NCBI GenBank assembly: GCA_036496825.1
Contig: DASXKM010000342.1
Span: forward strand, 1 to 34,737
Length of the DNA stretch: 34,737 nt
Reading direction: 5' to 3'
From: Puia sp.
GTDB lineage: Bacteria; Bacteroidota; Bacteroidia; Chitinophagales; Chitinophagaceae
Positions 1-8,623 of the stretch are shown one piece after another. Below the pieces are notes generated by a model. It had not been told where the DNA came from. It saw only the letters and a list, made by a program, of their open reading frames with translations, and searched no databases. The position numbers and the translations under genes were made by a program. Position 1 is the stretch's first letter, and every line of letters begins with the position of its first letter.

Positions 1-275
1 TTACCGGAAACCGACATTTCCGAATAAGAGGGAGACCAGGAAAAAATACCGTCAAATGCCGGTAGAGATCTCCAGAATTCTTTTGCATCTACCGGTCCCT
101 TTTCTGTAAACTCAATCCCGTTGCTGTCAACATTTGCAAGAAATCCATTCCTGATTCCCGATTCAAGACAGGACTTCTCAAATGCTTTCTCCGCCGCTAC
201 CAGGACCTGGGCGTTTTGGGCAGATAAATGGATACAGAAGCAACCCGTAAAAATCAGAATGAAATATTTTTTCAT
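1..275 (-). CDS. Secreted protein, probably NTF2-like/DUF4440 family; N-terminal part only, runs off the window
   Basis: Not in the ORF track. Manual translation from the ATG at 275 gives MKKYFILIFTGCFCIHLSAQNAQVLVAAEKAFEKSCLESGIRNGFLANVDSNGIEF...IFSWSPSYSEMSVSG, open to the edge. It has a signal peptide ending LSA|Q, and the AEKAF and W-x-P...S-x-SG segments resemble DUF4440 proteins. Confidence 0.7.
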   Translation of the reverse strand, partial: MKKYFILIFTGCFCIHLSAQNAQVLVAAEKAFEKSCLESGIRNGFLANVDSNGIEFTEKGPVDAKEFWRSLPAFDGIFSWSPSYSEMSVSG

Positions 276-364
276 AACGCAAATGAGTTAATCAAATGTA
301 AAGAATAAAAATCGGGGACCGGTGCGGTATTGGCTGACCGGGCGAAACGGCCAATAAACGGAAC

Positions 365-392
365 GCAACCCTATCTCCCTAAAAACGTATCC
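365..392 (+). promoter_or_regulatory. Candidate ECF sigma promoter, copy 1 (GCAACC-N15-CGTATCC)
   Basis: AAC...CGT arrangement typical of ECF promoters, 45 nt upstream of the first GT. The same motif recurs before the other units of the cluster. Confidence 0.65.
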
Positions 393-437
393 ATTAGAAA
401 TGGTTCACGACAGACCATTTTATACCCGGAATAAGTC

Positions 438-1562
438 ATGAAAGACGGTTCATCATTACCGAACAGTTACTCATTGGAAACGATCAAAGTGGCCATGATT
501 GTCAGATCCACTTTATATACTGTCCAGGGCGGCGATACCATACAGGCTTTACAAACCGCGCGTTCACTCCGGACGCAGGGTATCCGGGTGGATATCAAAT
601 TAACGAATGAAGAAATTGATTACGGCAGTTATCATTTATTGCATTTCTTCAATATCACAAGGCCGGCAGATATTCTTTATCATATCGGAAAAACAAGTCT
701 TCCTTTCGTTGTCTCTACCATTCTGATAAATTACAGCGAATACGATAAATATCACCGGAAAGGCATTTCGGGTATACTGTTCCGTTATTTGCCAGCGGAT
801 ACGATTGAATATCTGAAGGTCATTTCAAGATGGATTTTGGGCAGGGACAGGTTAATGAGTTTCTCTTATGCATGGAAGGGGCAGAAAAAATCCATACACG
901 AGATCATAAAAAAAGCTGGCATGCTTTTACCGAATTCGCGTTCCGAATATATCCGGCTTCAGGAAATTTATGGGTGCCAGACAAATCATATGGTAATTCC
1001 GAATGCGGTAGATGGTAATTTATTCAAGTTTAATAAGGAAGCTAAGAAAGATCCAAAGCTTGTCATTTGCATAGCCCGCGTTGAAGGAATTAAAAATCAA
1101 TTAAACCTGATCCGGGCACTGAATAATACAGGTTATCATTTGCTGATCATCGGAGCGCCTGCACCGAATCAACCCGGATATTACCAGAAGTGCCGCAATA
1201 TCGCGTCGCGCAACATAGAATTTATTGAGCATATCCCACAGCAGGAACTCGTGGCTTATTATCAAAAAGCAAAAGTACATGTACTGCCAAGCTGGTTTGA
1301 AACCACCGGATTAAGTTCGCTGGAAGCGGCGGCCATGGGATGTAATATTGTAATCACCGACAAAGGCGACACGAAGGAATATTTTGGAAATCATGCCGTC
1401 TATTGTTCGCCTTCCTCAACGGAAAGCATCTTTGCTGCCATTGAAAAAGCCAGTTCCCTGCCTCCGGATGAAATACTCCGGTCAAAGATTGCCTATTCTT
1501 ATACATGGCATCTCGCCGGCCGCCATACTGCGGAAGGATATAAACAAATAATAAATAACTAA
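438..1562 (+). CDS. Glycosyltransferase family 4 (GT-B fold)
   Basis: N-terminal GGDxIQ motif, ARVEGIKNQ, and the C-terminal E-x7-E motif ETTGLSSLEAAAMG. Confidence 0.9.
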   Translation: MKDGSSLPNSYSLETIKVAMIVRSTLYTVQGGDTIQALQTARSLRTQGIRVDIKLTNEEIDYGSYHLLHFFNITRPADILYHIGKTSLPFVVSTILINYSEYDKYHRKGISGILFRYLPADTIEYLKVISRWILGRDRLMSFSYAWKGQKKSIHEIIKKAGMLLPNSRSEYIRLQEIYGCQTNHMVIPNAVDGNLFKFNKEAKKDPKLVICIARVEGIKNQLNLIRALNNTGYHLLIIGAPAPNQPGYYQKCRNIASRNIEFIEHIPQQELVAYYQKAKVHVLPSWFETTGLSSLEAAAMGCNIVITDKGDTKEYFGNHAVYCSPSSTESIFAAIEKASSLPPDEILRSKIAYSYTWHLAGRHTAEGYKQIINN

Positions 1563-2701
1563 TGGGTTTAAAAATTGCTATACTGGGAACCAGAGGTGTG
1601 CCCAATAACTACGGTGGATTTGAACATGTAGCCGCGCATCTGTCAAGGGGACTTGTTCAGAAAGGACATGATGTAACGGTCTATAATTCCAGTAAACATC
1701 CTTATAAGGAAAATCAATGGCATGGAGTTGATATTGTGCATTGCTACGACCCGGAATACCTGATCGGTACTGCCGGACAGTTTATCTATGATCTGAATTG
1801 TATACTGGATGCCCGGAGAAGAGAATATAATATTATCCTGGTCCTTGGATATACCAGCAGCTCCGTATGGGGATTCCTGTATCCTAAAAATTCCATCATC
1901 ATCACCAATATGGACGGCCTGGAATGGAAACGCAGCAAATACCCGGGTCCTGTAAAAAACTTCCTGAGAAGAGCAGAGAAATGGGCCATAGCATCAAGCA
2001 GCTTTCATATTGCAGATTCTCAGGTAATCAAAGAATACCTGGACCAAAAATATCATGTTAAATGTAAACATATCGCCTATGGCGCAGGTATTTACCCGGT
2101 AGCTGATGTGAACCTCCTGAAGCAGTATAACCTGGAAAAAAATCAGTACTTTCTGTTAATCGCCAGAATGGAGCCTGAGAATAATATTGAAATGATATTG
2201 GATGGCTATACCATGACAAATACAAAAACCCGGTTTGTTGTCATTGGAAACATAACCAACCGCTATGGCAAATCCCTGAAGACAAAATATAAATCAGACT
2301 CCCGGATTATATTTCTGGGAGCTGTTTTTAATGAAATTAAAGTCCAGACATTAAGAGCCTTTTGCAAATTGTACTTTCACGGACATAGTGTCGGCGGCAC
2401 CAATCCCTCCCTGTTGGATGCCATGGCCGCGAGAGCACCTATCGCCATTCACAATAACGTTTTTAACGATGCCGTCGTAAAAGGAAATGCGCTCCGGTTT
2501 AATGACGCCAATGATGTCTTCAACATGATCAGTGAAAATCACCTGCCCGACGAAATTCAAATCGAGGACAATTACGTAATGATCGCAAGCGAGTTTACAT
2601 GGGAAAAAATTGTAAATCAATACGAGTACTATTTTCTTGCCTGTTACCTGAATAGGCAGCCTTATTATCTCTTAAAACATGCAACCCTGCCGGTAAATTG
2701 A
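1562..2701 (+). CDS. Glycosyltransferase family 4 with DUF1972 domain (WchF-like)
   Basis: KIAILGTRGVPNNYGGFE, NMDGLEWKRSK, ARMEPENN and HGHSVGGTNPSLLDAM motifs. Start overlaps the upstream stop (TAATG). Confidence 0.9.
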   Translation: MGLKIAILGTRGVPNNYGGFEHVAAHLSRGLVQKGHDVTVYNSSKHPYKENQWHGVDIVHCYDPEYLIGTAGQFIYDLNCILDARRREYNIILVLGYTSSSVWGFLYPKNSIIITNMDGLEWKRSKYPGPVKNFLRRAEKWAIASSSFHIADSQVIKEYLDQKYHVKCKHIAYGAGIYPVADVNLLKQYNLEKNQYFLLIARMEPENNIEMILDGYTMTNTKTRFVVIGNITNRYGKSLKTKYKSDSRIIFLGAVFNEIKVQTLRAFCKLYFHGHSVGGTNPSLLDAMAARAPIAIHNNVFNDAVVKGNALRFNDANDVFNMISENHLPDEIQIEDNYVMIASEFTWEKIVNQYEYYFLACYLNRQPYYLLKHATLPVN

Positions 2702-2706
2702 CGTAC
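2681..2706 (+). promoter_or_regulatory. Candidate ECF sigma promoter, copy 2 (GCAACC-N15-CGTAC)
   Basis: Straddles the stop of the DUF1972 GT, 42 nt upstream of the nucleotidyltransferase ATG. Confidence 0.6.
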
Positions 2707-2748
2707 TATCATGATGGATCTCTTCATGGCATGTTAAGTAATATGTAA

Positions 2749-3675
2749 ATGAAATATTTTAACATCAGAAAAGACATACTAGCCACCCTCGCCTATTTCA
2801 ACATGTTCGATTACCCCCTGAAGAAGAACGAGATTTTCCTTTTTCTGGGGCATTGTAACGATTACCAGGAGTTCGAGCAGGCTTTGACAAATCTCCTAAA
2901 AGACTCAGTGGTGTTTAAAATGGCCGAATTTTACAGCCTGCAAAACGATTTCAAGCTGGCCATCAGGCGGTTCAGAGGCAACGAAAAGGCGATATCCATG
3001 TTAAAAAATGCCGAAAGAGCGGCAACTATTATTGCTGCATTCCCATTTGTCAGGGCTGTTGCCGTTTCCGGTTCACTTTCAAAATACTTTGCAGACGAAC
3101 AGTCCGATATTGATTTCTTTATTATAACCAGGGCAAACCGGCTTTGGATTGCCAGGACCCTTCTGCATATCTTTAAAAAATTTACATTCATCGTACACAG
3201 GCAGCACCATTTCTGCATGAATTATTTTATTGATGAGGAGGAACCGGGGATCATGGAGAAAAATATTTATACAGCTATGGAGATCGCCACTGTTTTACCG
3301 CTACGGGATAACGGCATTTTCGATCAGTTCTTCAAAGCAAATAACTGGGCCAACGTTTTCTTTCCAAATAAATATTTGCATACTCCTCCTGTAAAGAGTA
3401 CAGGAAAGTCATGGATAAAATCCCTGACAGAGAAATCACTGAATAACAAATTCGGCAATTCACTGGATAATTTTTTAATGACCCGGACCGCAAAAAAATG
3501 GAATGCTAAAACGCTGTCAAATAAAAAAGACAACAAAGGCATGCTGATGAGTATGCATGTTGGAAAACATTTTTCAAAACCGAGCCCGGAAATTTTCCAG
3601 AAGACAATTCTCCAGTCTTACGACGACAGCCTCTCGGAAATATTTAAACGCTGCGAACTTTCTGTAGCGAAATGA
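2749..3675 (+). CDS. Nucleotidyltransferase-domain protein (pol-beta superfamily)
   Basis: hG[GS]-x9-13-DhD signature VSGSLSKYFADEQSDIDFFII, a later CMNYF strand, and an N-terminal helical extension (LAYFNMFDYPL). Confidence 0.8.
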   Translation: MKYFNIRKDILATLAYFNMFDYPLKKNEIFLFLGHCNDYQEFEQALTNLLKDSVVFKMAEFYSLQNDFKLAIRRFRGNEKAISMLKNAERAATIIAAFPFVRAVAVSGSLSKYFADEQSDIDFFIITRANRLWIARTLLHIFKKFTFIVHRQHHFCMNYFIDEEEPGIMEKNIYTAMEIATVLPLRDNGIFDQFFKANNWANVFFPNKYLHTPPVKSTGKSWIKSLTEKSLNNKFGNSLDNFLMTRTAKKWNAKTLSNKKDNKGMLMSMHVGKHFSKPSPEIFQKTILQSYDDSLSEIFKRCELSVAK

Positions 3676-4474
3676 TATAGTAATCTCCGATGTATTTCCA
3701 GGGCCATCTGCTCTTAAACCTGTTTTCCATTTTACACAACCAGATATATAACCGGGGAAATTTTTCAGGAAAATCTTCTACATAGGATGGCGGCACTATT
3801 GTGCATAGGCCTTCCAGCTCCTTAAATTCAAATTTTTTTTTCAAATTTCGTCTGATAAATCCCGGAGAATAGTACCAGCAGGTAAAAAAATCTTCTCCAA
3901 TTCTTGCTTCTCTTCCACCAGCACTGAAAAACCGCCTGGTTGCCGTTTTGAATTTTCCCTTCAGCATGAACATTGTCTCCCAGAGACAAAATCGCGGAAG
4001 AACAACCAGCACAACGGTTCCGCCGGGTTTCAGCAGCGAATCGAAACTGGCTAACACTTTTTTGAGATCACTGGTACAATTTAAACCCGCAAAATTTGAA
4101 AATATACAATCAAAGGGTCTTTTTTCGGAGAGGTTTTCCAATGAGGTAAAAGAACAAAGCTCCTGAGTCACAAGCGCATCCATGTTGTAGACTGCCACTT
4201 TCTCCCTTAATTTAGCCTGCATCCCGGTGGAAATATCTGTCGCATGAACATGATGGCCTTGTCTTGCCAGGAAGATGGCATCATCACCTGTTCCTGCATT
4301 CAATTCAAGGATGCGACTGCCCGGACTCAGATATTTCAAAAGAAACTGCCTGACCCTTTCCCGCTTATATCCCACGATTCCGTTGTTCCCATATAATTGA
4401 TCAAAACTGGCCGACTGACCCGTAAATGCGAGCGCAACCCGTTGTTCATTCATATGATTGACCGGTTCATTCAT
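3644..4474 (-). CDS. Class I SAM-dependent methyltransferase
   Basis: Motif I RILELNAGTGDDA, ATDIS, FDCIFSNF and LKPGG. ATGA-coupled to the upstream radical SAM gene. Confidence 0.9.
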   Translation of the reverse strand: MNEPVNHMNEQRVALAFTGQSASFDQLYGNNGIVGYKRERVRQFLLKYLSPGSRILELNAGTGDDAIFLARQGHHVHATDISTGMQAKLREKVAVYNMDALVTQELCSFTSLENLSEKRPFDCIFSNFAGLNCTSDLKKVLASFDSLLKPGGTVVLVVLPRFCLWETMFMLKGKFKTATRRFFSAGGREARIGEDFFTCWYYSPGFIRRNLKKKFEFKELEGLCTIVPPSYVEDFPEKFPRLYIWLCKMENRFKSRWPWKYIGDYYIISLQKVRSV

Positions 4475-5940
4475 CGGGTGGGCTTTTCCAACAGGTGAAG
4501 TTTTTTCCCGGCAATAAATGCTGCCGGTAAATAATAAATGGCAGACAAGGCCTTCTTTATCCGGGCTGCTTTTATTTTTAACGGGTGATTCAATAATTTT
4601 TTAATATTATCAAATGCGATATGCTTTCGATAACTCTTATGAACAAACCGGTGTAATTGTTTGTAAAAGGCAGGCTGGTATGTATTACTGAACAGGAGAG
4701 CCAACTCATCAGAATCTTTCCAGTTTGTTTTATTGACGAGTTCATTTTTTACCTTTTCAAAAAATACAGTGCCTGGTAACGGATATGAAACAGAGATTCC
4801 CAGTTCATAAGGTAGTAACTCATTGATCATCGCTATTGTCTTCCCGATATCTTCTTTCGTCTCACCGGGATAACCAAATTGTATAAAGAAAGAAGGCCTG
4901 ATTCCGCATTTCTTTAATAAACGGGTGGCCTCGTAGATCTGTTGAACGGTTGTTCCTTTATCCATGGCATCCAGAATTTTCTGGGAACCGCTCTCCGCGC
5001 CCATCCAGATATTTTCGCAACCAGCTCTTGCCAGATCCAGAATATTATTTTCCTGCAAAAGCAGATCAACCCTTCCCTGCATTTTAAATTTAAACTGCAA
5101 TCCTTCTTCCCGGATTAAATCGGCAAATTCATGCACCCATCCCGGCCTCAGACCAAAAATATCATCGCAGAACCAGACATGATCAAATGAATACCGCTTT
5201 CTCAACCATTTCAATTCGGCTACAACATTTTCGGGAGTCCGTGAATTATAACGGTTCCCGTAGATCGGTTTGGCGCACCAGTTACATTTAAATGGACAAC
5301 CACGGGTTGTACCCATATTCATTGAAAAATATCCTGCATGGGCCAGCCACATATCCCGGTAAGGATCCATGTCAATCATATCCCACGCGGGAAAGGGAAG
5401 CGCGTCCAGATCTTTTATAACGTTCCGGTGTTTTGTTTTTATGGTAGCTTCATTTTGCCTGAAGGCAAGACCCTCAATAGAAGAATAATCTGCTTTCCCG
5501 GATTTCAATGCATTGGATAATTCGAGAAGAGTTAATTCGGCTTCGCCGAGCATTATAAAATCTGCTCCGCTGTCCAGATACATTTCAAAACGGTCGGTAG
5601 AATCTGAGCTCGACACAATTACGATGCAACCACTTTTTTTTGCTGCCTGTATCATGACGAAGGCCGCATCGCGCATATTTTCCAGGCACATCTTGGTCAG
5701 ATAGTTGAAGCCGTCATCATATATAACGAAAATGTCGGGTGTTATCTTTTCAATCACGGGAATGATCTCGCCGGGATCTCTTGAAAACATCGTATCAAAG
5801 AATGAAACTTCATAACCATGTAGTTTCAAAAAAGAAGTTGCATATAAAGTGCCCAGGGGTGCATAGGGCCGCCCCGTGGACCATTGTTTCGGATCGAAAC
5901 GTAGAAAATAGGAATGTGTGATCAGTACTTTTTCCCGCAT
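4471..5940 (-). CDS. Cobalamin-binding-domain radical SAM protein
   Basis: N-terminal PLGTLY...DFIMLGEAE B12-type domain, TRGCPFKCNWC, FCDDIF and GAESGSQKILDAMDKG. Start moved from 5988 to ATG 5940 (MREKVLITHSY), 5 nt after the upstream stop. Confidence 0.9.
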   Translation of the reverse strand: MREKVLITHSYFLRFDPKQWSTGRPYAPLGTLYATSFLKLHGYEVSFFDTMFSRDPGEIIPVIEKITPDIFVIYDDGFNYLTKMCLENMRDAAFVMIQAAKKSGCIVIVSSSDSTDRFEMYLDSGADFIMLGEAELTLLELSNALKSGKADYSSIEGLAFRQNEATIKTKHRNVIKDLDALPFPAWDMIDMDPYRDMWLAHAGYFSMNMGTTRGCPFKCNWCAKPIYGNRYNSRTPENVVAELKWLRKRYSFDHVWFCDDIFGLRPGWVHEFADLIREEGLQFKFKMQGRVDLLLQENNILDLARAGCENIWMGAESGSQKILDAMDKGTTVQQIYEATRLLKKCGIRPSFFIQFGYPGETKEDIGKTIAMINELLPYELGISVSYPLPGTVFFEKVKNELVNKTNWKDSDELALLFSNTYQPAFYKQLHRFVHKSYRKHIAFDNIKKLLNHPLKIKAARIKKALSAIYYLPAAFIAGKKLHLLEKPTR

Positions 5941-5945
5941 AGCTT

Positions 5946-6992
5946 TTAAATTTTTACTGCCGGCCTTAAATTCAGTGAACAGACGCATTTCAGGCAGGTC
6001 TCATTATTATCCATATCCAGTTTTTTTCTGAATTCAACGGCTGACTCGCTGTTGATTATCGAATCCAGCGACCCATCCTTTATATTGCCATATGCTTTAT
6101 GAAAGAAGCAGGGCCTGACGGTTCCATCCGCTTCTATCACTGTGGATACCCAGGGCGCATTGCATTTTTTATACGGAAAAGGATTGAGTCCAAAGTAAGC
6201 GGCGTAGTAATAGTAAATCCTTTGAAATTTCTGTGGTGACTCAAGAATATAATGATTTTTAAATTCATCCTCAAATTCCTCCAGCATTCCCCCGATGATT
6301 ATTTTCATTTCTTCCAGTTCAGATTCGGTTAGAACGATTTCCTGCTGCCGGTCACCAGTCCAGACTGACTCTCTGTTGAAAGCTGTACTGCTGACATCAG
6401 CAGGTAAAAAACTGATGGAATCAAGTGCTATGTCTTTCGCTGCCGGAATGATCGCCGGCCAATTTCGAAAATTGAGACGATGGATTACAGATCTCCCGGA
6501 AATTCGAAAATAAGGATCAACAGCCCTTACGGATTCAATTCCTTCTTTTAGTTTCTTAAAAGCGCCAGGTATATTCCGGATCGCATCGTGCACTACCTCA
6601 TCTCCATCCAGCGACACAATGATATCATCCACCCATTTTACCAATTGTTCGCAATGCTTTTTAACAGTCAGACCGGTAGAAAGCAGGGTAATTTTTATAT
6701 TCTGATCTTTCAATATTTCACAGAACCTGAAGAACCGGGGATTCAATAAAGCTTCGCCGCCCGACATGACTACCTGACGGGTCTGATATTTCCTGAAAGT
6801 TTTTAATAAGCCGCTGATGTCCGTTTCGTTCAGCTGTCTGAGATGATGATTACCCTTCCAGATATCGCACATAACGCAACGACAGTTGCAGGAACTATGT
6901 GGCATCAGGATTACGATCGGCAGGCTCGTGATTTTATCGGTCTGCAGAGTAAGAAACCGGTTATAAGTCTGATATAGTGATTGGATGGCCAT
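5946..6992 (-). CDS. Radical SAM protein with twitch (short SPASM) domain
   Basis: CNCRCVMC, SGGEAL and VSLDG motifs. C-terminal C-x12-G-x4-C (CNAPW...GTVRPC) followed by CLKCVC. Confidence 0.9.
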   Translation of the reverse strand: MAIQSLYQTYNRFLTLQTDKITSLPIVILMPHSSCNCRCVMCDIWKGNHHLRQLNETDISGLLKTFRKYQTRQVVMSGGEALLNPRFFRFCEILKDQNIKITLLSTGLTVKKHCEQLVKWVDDIIVSLDGDEVVHDAIRNIPGAFKKLKEGIESVRAVDPYFRISGRSVIHRLNFRNWPAIIPAAKDIALDSISFLPADVSSTAFNRESVWTGDRQQEIVLTESELEEMKIIIGGMLEEFEDEFKNHYILESPQKFQRIYYYYAAYFGLNPFPYKKCNAPWVSTVIEADGTVRPCFFHKAYGNIKDGSLDSIINSESAVEFRKKLDMDNNETCLKCVCSLNLRPAVKI

Positions 6993-6993
6993 A

Positions 6994-8493
6994 TTAAAAT
7001 CCCTGTATTTCAGGTTGGCGGTATTTCCACAAGCGATGCAATAATTTTATTTCGTATGGATATTTGTGCACGTTGATATTATACCTGACTCCCGCCAGCA
7101 GATGCATTGCCTTCCTTTTAAACCGGTTCAGGCGAATGTCCGTTACAGTAGGATAATATCCATTCAATACCGTCTCAAAGTTTTTGATTTTATCAATCAT
7201 GGCTGGCGTGAGCCATGGAGTCAGGGGATTTTTCCGAAGGTCAAAATTTTCCCAGGCGGGGCTGATCCAGTCCTCCAGTTTGTCAGGAAATTTAAATCCT
7301 TTCGAAAGCGCTTCATTATAAAGGTCAGAGCCTTCTGTTGCCACGGGACTATAGGTGTAAAGAATAATCTCGGTATTTGGGTTGATACGTTTTATCTTTT
7401 TGATGAAATTGATTTCAAAATCTATCTGCGCTTCCACCTGGGCAGGTGTTGGAGCCGGCATGCCCAGAACAAATGAGTATTCCGGGATGATATCAAATTT
7501 TTTCATGCGTGCGGCAAATTCCTCGATCTGATCTCCATTTTGGGTGCCGCCTTTGTCCATCTGTTTGAGTATGGCGTTATTACCGCTTTCTGCGCCAAAA
7601 AAAATAATCCGGCACCCTGCTTCACGAATGAGTGCAAGGGATTCGTCCTTGAATTTGTGCATCGTATCAATACGTGCCATGCCCCACCAGCTCATTTTTT
7701 CGGGAAGTATTAGTTTGGCAAATTCTACCGTACGTCTTTCCGAAACGAAAAAATTATTATCATGAAATTCAATGGCGTCGGCACCCCATTTATCTTTTAT
7801 ATATTTTATATCCCGATAAATTTTTTTGGCAGATTTCGCCTTCCAGCGGGCTTCATATGTTGGAACGACGGCACAAAACGAACAGGTAAAAGGACAGCCG
7901 ATACTCGAATGATAAGCAAGTGTTTTATTGCCGAGATAGGTTTTTCCAAGGTATTTATCCATTGGATAAAACTCAGTGAGCTTATCATATGGCAAATCCG
8001 GAAGTTCGTCCTGCTCAATCAGATCCTGCTTTCTGGTCTTTACTATCTGGTCGCCGGATTTATAGATCAGGTTTTGTATGAGCTCATAGGGCTCATTTTT
8101 TTCGAGTGCACTGATCAGCAGTGGAAAACAATGATCACCGGGTCCATTAACTACAAAGTCAACATAACCCGAGTTCAGAACCGCCTTATATTGATTTGTT
8201 GGAAAATATCCGCCCCAGATTATTTTTATCTCCGGGAAATAATCCCTGATTGTCTGAGAAAAGGGTATTGCCTGTTTCAGCTGGGGACCAGGCATAACAG
8301 TAAATCCAACATATTTGTAATTGCCTGTTTCGAGCCATTGCATAATTCTCGCCATGGGATCGGCTTCCCGGTTTCCGTCAACGATTACCCAGGGATATTT
8401 GCCCTCTACAGAGGCAGCGATGTTCAGGATGGAATTGGGTACGCGGTATTTCGCATGGGCACTTCGCGGGTTAAATAATAATATACCATTCAT
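6994..8493 (-). CDS. Cobalamin-binding-domain radical SAM protein
   Basis: ILLFNP start, WGGYFPT, SIGCPFTCSFC, FHDNNFF and GAESG. Start moved from 8613 to ATG 8493 (MNGILLFNPRS) because the 40-aa extension covers the divergent promoters. Confidence 0.9.
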   Translation of the reverse strand: MNGILLFNPRSAHAKYRVPNSILNIAASVEGKYPWVIVDGNREADPMARIMQWLETGNYKYVGFTVMPGPQLKQAIPFSQTIRDYFPEIKIIWGGYFPTNQYKAVLNSGYVDFVVNGPGDHCFPLLISALEKNEPYELIQNLIYKSGDQIVKTRKQDLIEQDELPDLPYDKLTEFYPMDKYLGKTYLGNKTLAYHSSIGCPFTCSFCAVVPTYEARWKAKSAKKIYRDIKYIKDKWGADAIEFHDNNFFVSERRTVEFAKLILPEKMSWWGMARIDTMHKFKDESLALIREAGCRIIFFGAESGNNAILKQMDKGGTQNGDQIEEFAARMKKFDIIPEYSFVLGMPAPTPAQVEAQIDFEINFIKKIKRINPNTEIILYTYSPVATEGSDLYNEALSKGFKFPDKLEDWISPAWENFDLRKNPLTPWLTPAMIDKIKNFETVLNGYYPTVTDIRLNRFKRKAMHLLAGVRYNINVHKYPYEIKLLHRLWKYRQPEIQGF

Positions 8494-8529
8494 AGAATTT
8501 CCCGGGGCCTCGTGCCCCCCTCCACATGT

Positions 8530-8559
8530 GGATACGTCCGGTGCTTTTAACTGGTTGCA
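8530..8559 (-). promoter_or_regulatory. Candidate ECF sigma promoter, copy 3 (TGCAACC-N16-CGTATCC)
   Basis: Minus strand reads tgcaacc agttaaaagcaccgga cgtatcc, 36 nt upstream of the radical SAM operon start. Confidence 0.65.
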
Positions 8560-8584
8560 AAAAATGATATTAAATGGCGGAAAT

Positions 8585-8611
8585 ACAACCTGTTCCGCAG
8601 AAAACCCGTAC
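8585..8611 (+). promoter_or_regulatory. Candidate ECF sigma promoter, copy 4 (ACAACC-N16-CGTAC)
   Basis: Back-to-back with copy 3, upstream of the methyltransferase-amidohydrolase-GT unit. Confidence 0.6.
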
Positions 8612-8623
8612 ATGTAGTAAGGA

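Noticed and set aside
2711-2737. Tiny ORF MMDLFMAC after promoter copy 2
   Set aside because: Only eight codons with no supporting features; expected by chance.
7762-8478. 238-aa plus-strand ORF and the other antisense or nested ORFs in the track
   Set aside because: They are shadows of well-supported genes and show no recognisable motifs.
8471-8527. Minus-strand small ORF MWRGARGPGKFYEWYIII as a RiPP precursor for the radical SAM enzymes
   Set aside because: It overlaps the radical SAM start out of frame, its ATG is too close to the -10 element, and the cluster has no RRE domain or peptidase-containing transporter.
8494-8613. 40-aa N-terminal extension of the radical SAM ORF in the track
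   Set aside because: It covers both divergent promoter motifs; the family-like N-terminus begins at 8493.
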